From: the human T2T-CHM13v2.0 reference genome, Homo sapiens
NCBI RefSeq assembly: GCF_009914755.1
Contig: NC_060927.1
Length of the DNA stretch: 64,000 bases
Direction: 5' to 3' (one strand)
Positions 61,234 to 64,000 of the stretch are shown one piece after another. Below the pieces are notes generated by a model. The model searched no databases. It worked only from the letters and a program-made list of their open reading frames with translations, and was not told the DNA's origin. Position numbers and translations under genes: made by a program. Position 1 is the first letter of the stretch. Each line of letters opens with the position of its first letter.

Positions 61234-62112
61234 AAGTATGTCTATGGCTTCCAGATAAGCAAATAGATGAGTGGACCAAAATAGAGATTCCACATCAGAC
61301 TCATGCATATATGAATGAGTAATACTTTTAATGAGTAGCAAAATGAAGAATCACAAATACTTCATCTTTACCTAGAATGGATAACAGTGGATATTGATTA
61401 TATATATTTACCTTCATCACCTGGACATTCCTCAGAACATCAGAGAATAGGAGACAAATCCTACAAATATTCAGCGTCCTATCACATCAATAAAATGTTT
61501 AGGAGTTTAGTGGCCTGGAGCATGCCAGGACATTACTTCCAAAATAAAGGGCAGATTATTGTACTATGTACTTCCTATCAAGAAGGAAAACAATACATGA
61601 TAGGCTGGGAAAGTAATTTGCATTGTAATTCAGTCACAGGATACAGAGCTTGGGTATGGTTTCAGTTACGTCAGTTCTGCAGCTACAGGAGATAAATGTC
61701 TTAGGGCAGATATAGAAGTTTTCATGTCATTTTTATGCAAAAAACTTTAATGCTTGAGCTCATCCTTTTCTTTCTCCATTTTGTTCAGTGACAAGGAACA
61801 ACCAGGCAATCTCATTATACTTGTTAGTTTGACAACAATGCTCAAAAATATTATATACATGGTCACTAGATGCTTGCTTCTTATAAGTGTTTGGTTGGGA
61901 GTATTCAGTGGTAATATTTTGTGTACCTCTATTATTCGTGATAGTCCAGATCACGCTAGGGACTACCAATGCTATTTTTACTACTGGAAATAGAGTCACT
62001 CGTATCTTTAAAACTAGCCAGATTAGAGAGCCAATTTCAGAAACTCTAGAACCAATTCAGAAAATTCATCCTGCAGATTCTGTTCCTCTGGAACCACTTT
62101 CAGAACCAAAAT

Positions 62113-62177
62113 CTGTTACTAGTCAGCATTCTGCAGAGAAGCTGAATTAATTATCTCTATCTATCTATTATCTATTT

Positions 62178-62227
<50 letters not shown>

Positions 62228-62606
62228 ATCTATCTATCTATCTACCTATCTAATCTATTTACCTATTTCCTAAAAGATTTATATTTATCTTAAGATATTG
62301 GTTATAAGGAATCAACTGACGATTTTGAAGACTGGCAAGTCCAAAATCTGCAGAGCTCATGTCTCAGTTAGAAGGCTGTCAGGCAGGAGAATTCTTTCTT
62401 GGAAGAGGTCAGTCTTTTTCTACTGAGGCTGTCAGCTGATTGGATGAGGCTCACTTACATTGTGGAGGATCATCTGCTTTACTTAATCTATTGATTTAAA
62501 TATCAATCTCATCCCAAAACATCCTTATGAAAAGACTCAGAATGCTCTTTGACCAAATATCTGTGCATCCCATGGCCCAGTCAAGTTGACACATAAAATG
62601 ATCATA
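62113..62606 (-). mobile_element. MLT2 LTR (5' LTR of the ERVL provirus)
   Basis: 'ctggcaagtccaaaatctgcag', 'ctgattggatgaggc' and 'ggcccagtcaagttgacacataaaat'. Confidence 0.9.
62151..62265 (+). repeat. Compound (TCTA)n tetranucleotide STR
   Basis: 12 perfect units at 62178-62225 with degenerate flanks. Confidence 0.95.
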
Positions 62607-62609
62607 GTG

Positions 62610-63450
62610 AGCTAGTCACATGGTAATTGCTATGTGACCACATATATGAGTTGGTGCAGTAGTGGTGGATGACAATGACATGCAGATCTAGGCTAGCTGC
62701 TCATGTGTCCTTTTTGAACTCTCTGGCTTTGTTCATGCTAAATCCCAGATGTGGCACTTGCACATTTTAATGGCCTGCTTCTGGTTCCATCTGACCTTAT
62801 GATTTTGTGGATCTGACAGCTCATGATCAGTAGTTCTGGCCACTTGTCCACTTAATGTCCCACGAACAAGCTATTCATCTCTACTAGAGTTCAGTGGAAC
62901 AGCAGAATCTGTCATTTGTAAGCTGAGTAATTCTCCACTGCAGGGAGCATAATCTTGCTCTCTCATTAGTGTTTGTCATAAACTTTGCACAACATCTTTC
63001 CCCACTAATGATGTCTCTAATGCAATAATGACTACTGGTTATATAATTTAAAAAGCAGGGCCACTTGTACCAGAATCTAGTCCTATTTCATAGCTTTTCT
63101 CTGCTCGAGGTCCTACTCAAAGCTGGAAGCCTTTCATGTATCCTAGTGAATGGGTAGAACCAATATCTTAGATATGCAATACACTATCTCCAGAACTTGA
63201 ACAAGTCTATTAAGGGTTGTATTCCTTCTTGGTGGGAGGTGCAAAGTACAAGAATCTGTCCTCTACTTCGGAGGTAACATCATGGCATACTTCAGGCCAC
63301 TAGCCCCCTAAAAAATTTATTGATGTGACAGGCCCCTGAATATTTGTAGGATTTATCCTCTACCCTCTGTTGCTCTGATGGATGCCTAGGTGATCCGGTA
63401 AATGTATATAGTCAATATCCACTGTTATCCATTCTAGGTAAATGTGAAGT
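62610..63450 (-). mobile_element. Older class III ERV (ERVL-like) pol fragment
   Basis: Resembles the pol region at 57900-58560: 'cagtagttctggcc', 'ttcttggtgggaggtgcaa' and 'cccctgaatatttgtaggattta'. Confidence 0.65.
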
Positions 63451-63860
63451 GTTTGTGAACTTTTAATTTTGATAGAGTCGGAAAATAATGCATTTATTAG
63501 ATATATTTTAGTAACATTTATGGAACATTCCTTCATTTTACTACTTGTCAAAAATGTTAATTCTTATATTCATAAGTCTTATTTGTAATTTCTATATTGG
63601 TCCACTCATCTTTTTGCTAAATTTAGGGCAGATATATACTTCTTGAATTCCTGTAACATTATTTTATGCTTTGATACCTGGTAAGGCATGTTTCCCCACA
63701 CCATTTATATATTTCTTTCTAAAAAAGGTTTTTGGTTATTTTTGCAAATTTTTTATTCCACAAACACTTTGAGATTAGTTTGAAAAGTTCCAAAAAAGAA
63801 AGCTGTGGTGGAAATTTTGCTGGGATTAGACTAACTTTATAGATGATTTTACTGTTGAAC
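63450..63860 (-). mobile_element. Ancient L1ME fragment
   Basis: 'ctttgatacctggtaaggca' and 'ttttgctgggattagactaactttatagat'. Confidence 0.65.
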
Positions 63861-64000
63861 AAATGACTCAAAGAATATGAATATATGAACATAAAAACTT
63901 AGAGGAAGTTTGAGTCATAGACACACTGATAATTTCTGATAGAAGTAAATAGACAAAACTCTATCTTTAAATAAATGTTCTAAAACTCAGCAGCCATATT

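Overview
This is primate (probably human or great-ape) nuclear DNA. It is AT-rich, CpG-poor and dominated by interspersed repeats: Alu/FLAM/FRAM, L1 from ancient L1M to young L1PA2-like, L2, MIR, MaLR/ERVL/ERV1 LTRs, a decayed ERVL provirus, and the DNA transposon fossils MER2 and MER94. There is one Y1 RNA retropseudogene. I see no recognisable cellular protein-coding exon, rRNA, tRNA, CRISPR array or prokaryotic system; nearly all ORF-track entries are Alu, L1 or ERV translations, or chance. Subfamily names come from recalled consensus features and are approximate. The most notable structure is three separate local copy-paste events of different ages, each copying a junction that includes non-shared flank: 28748-28870 into 22790-22912, 38500-38819 with 39684-39999, and 63204-63740 inverted into 60960-61606. 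Also notable are two L1 3' ends under one TSD (candidate 3' transduction), an Alu/Alu/L1 nest, and a compact candidate spliced unit with a 95-aa orphan ORF at 50.8-51.8 kb.
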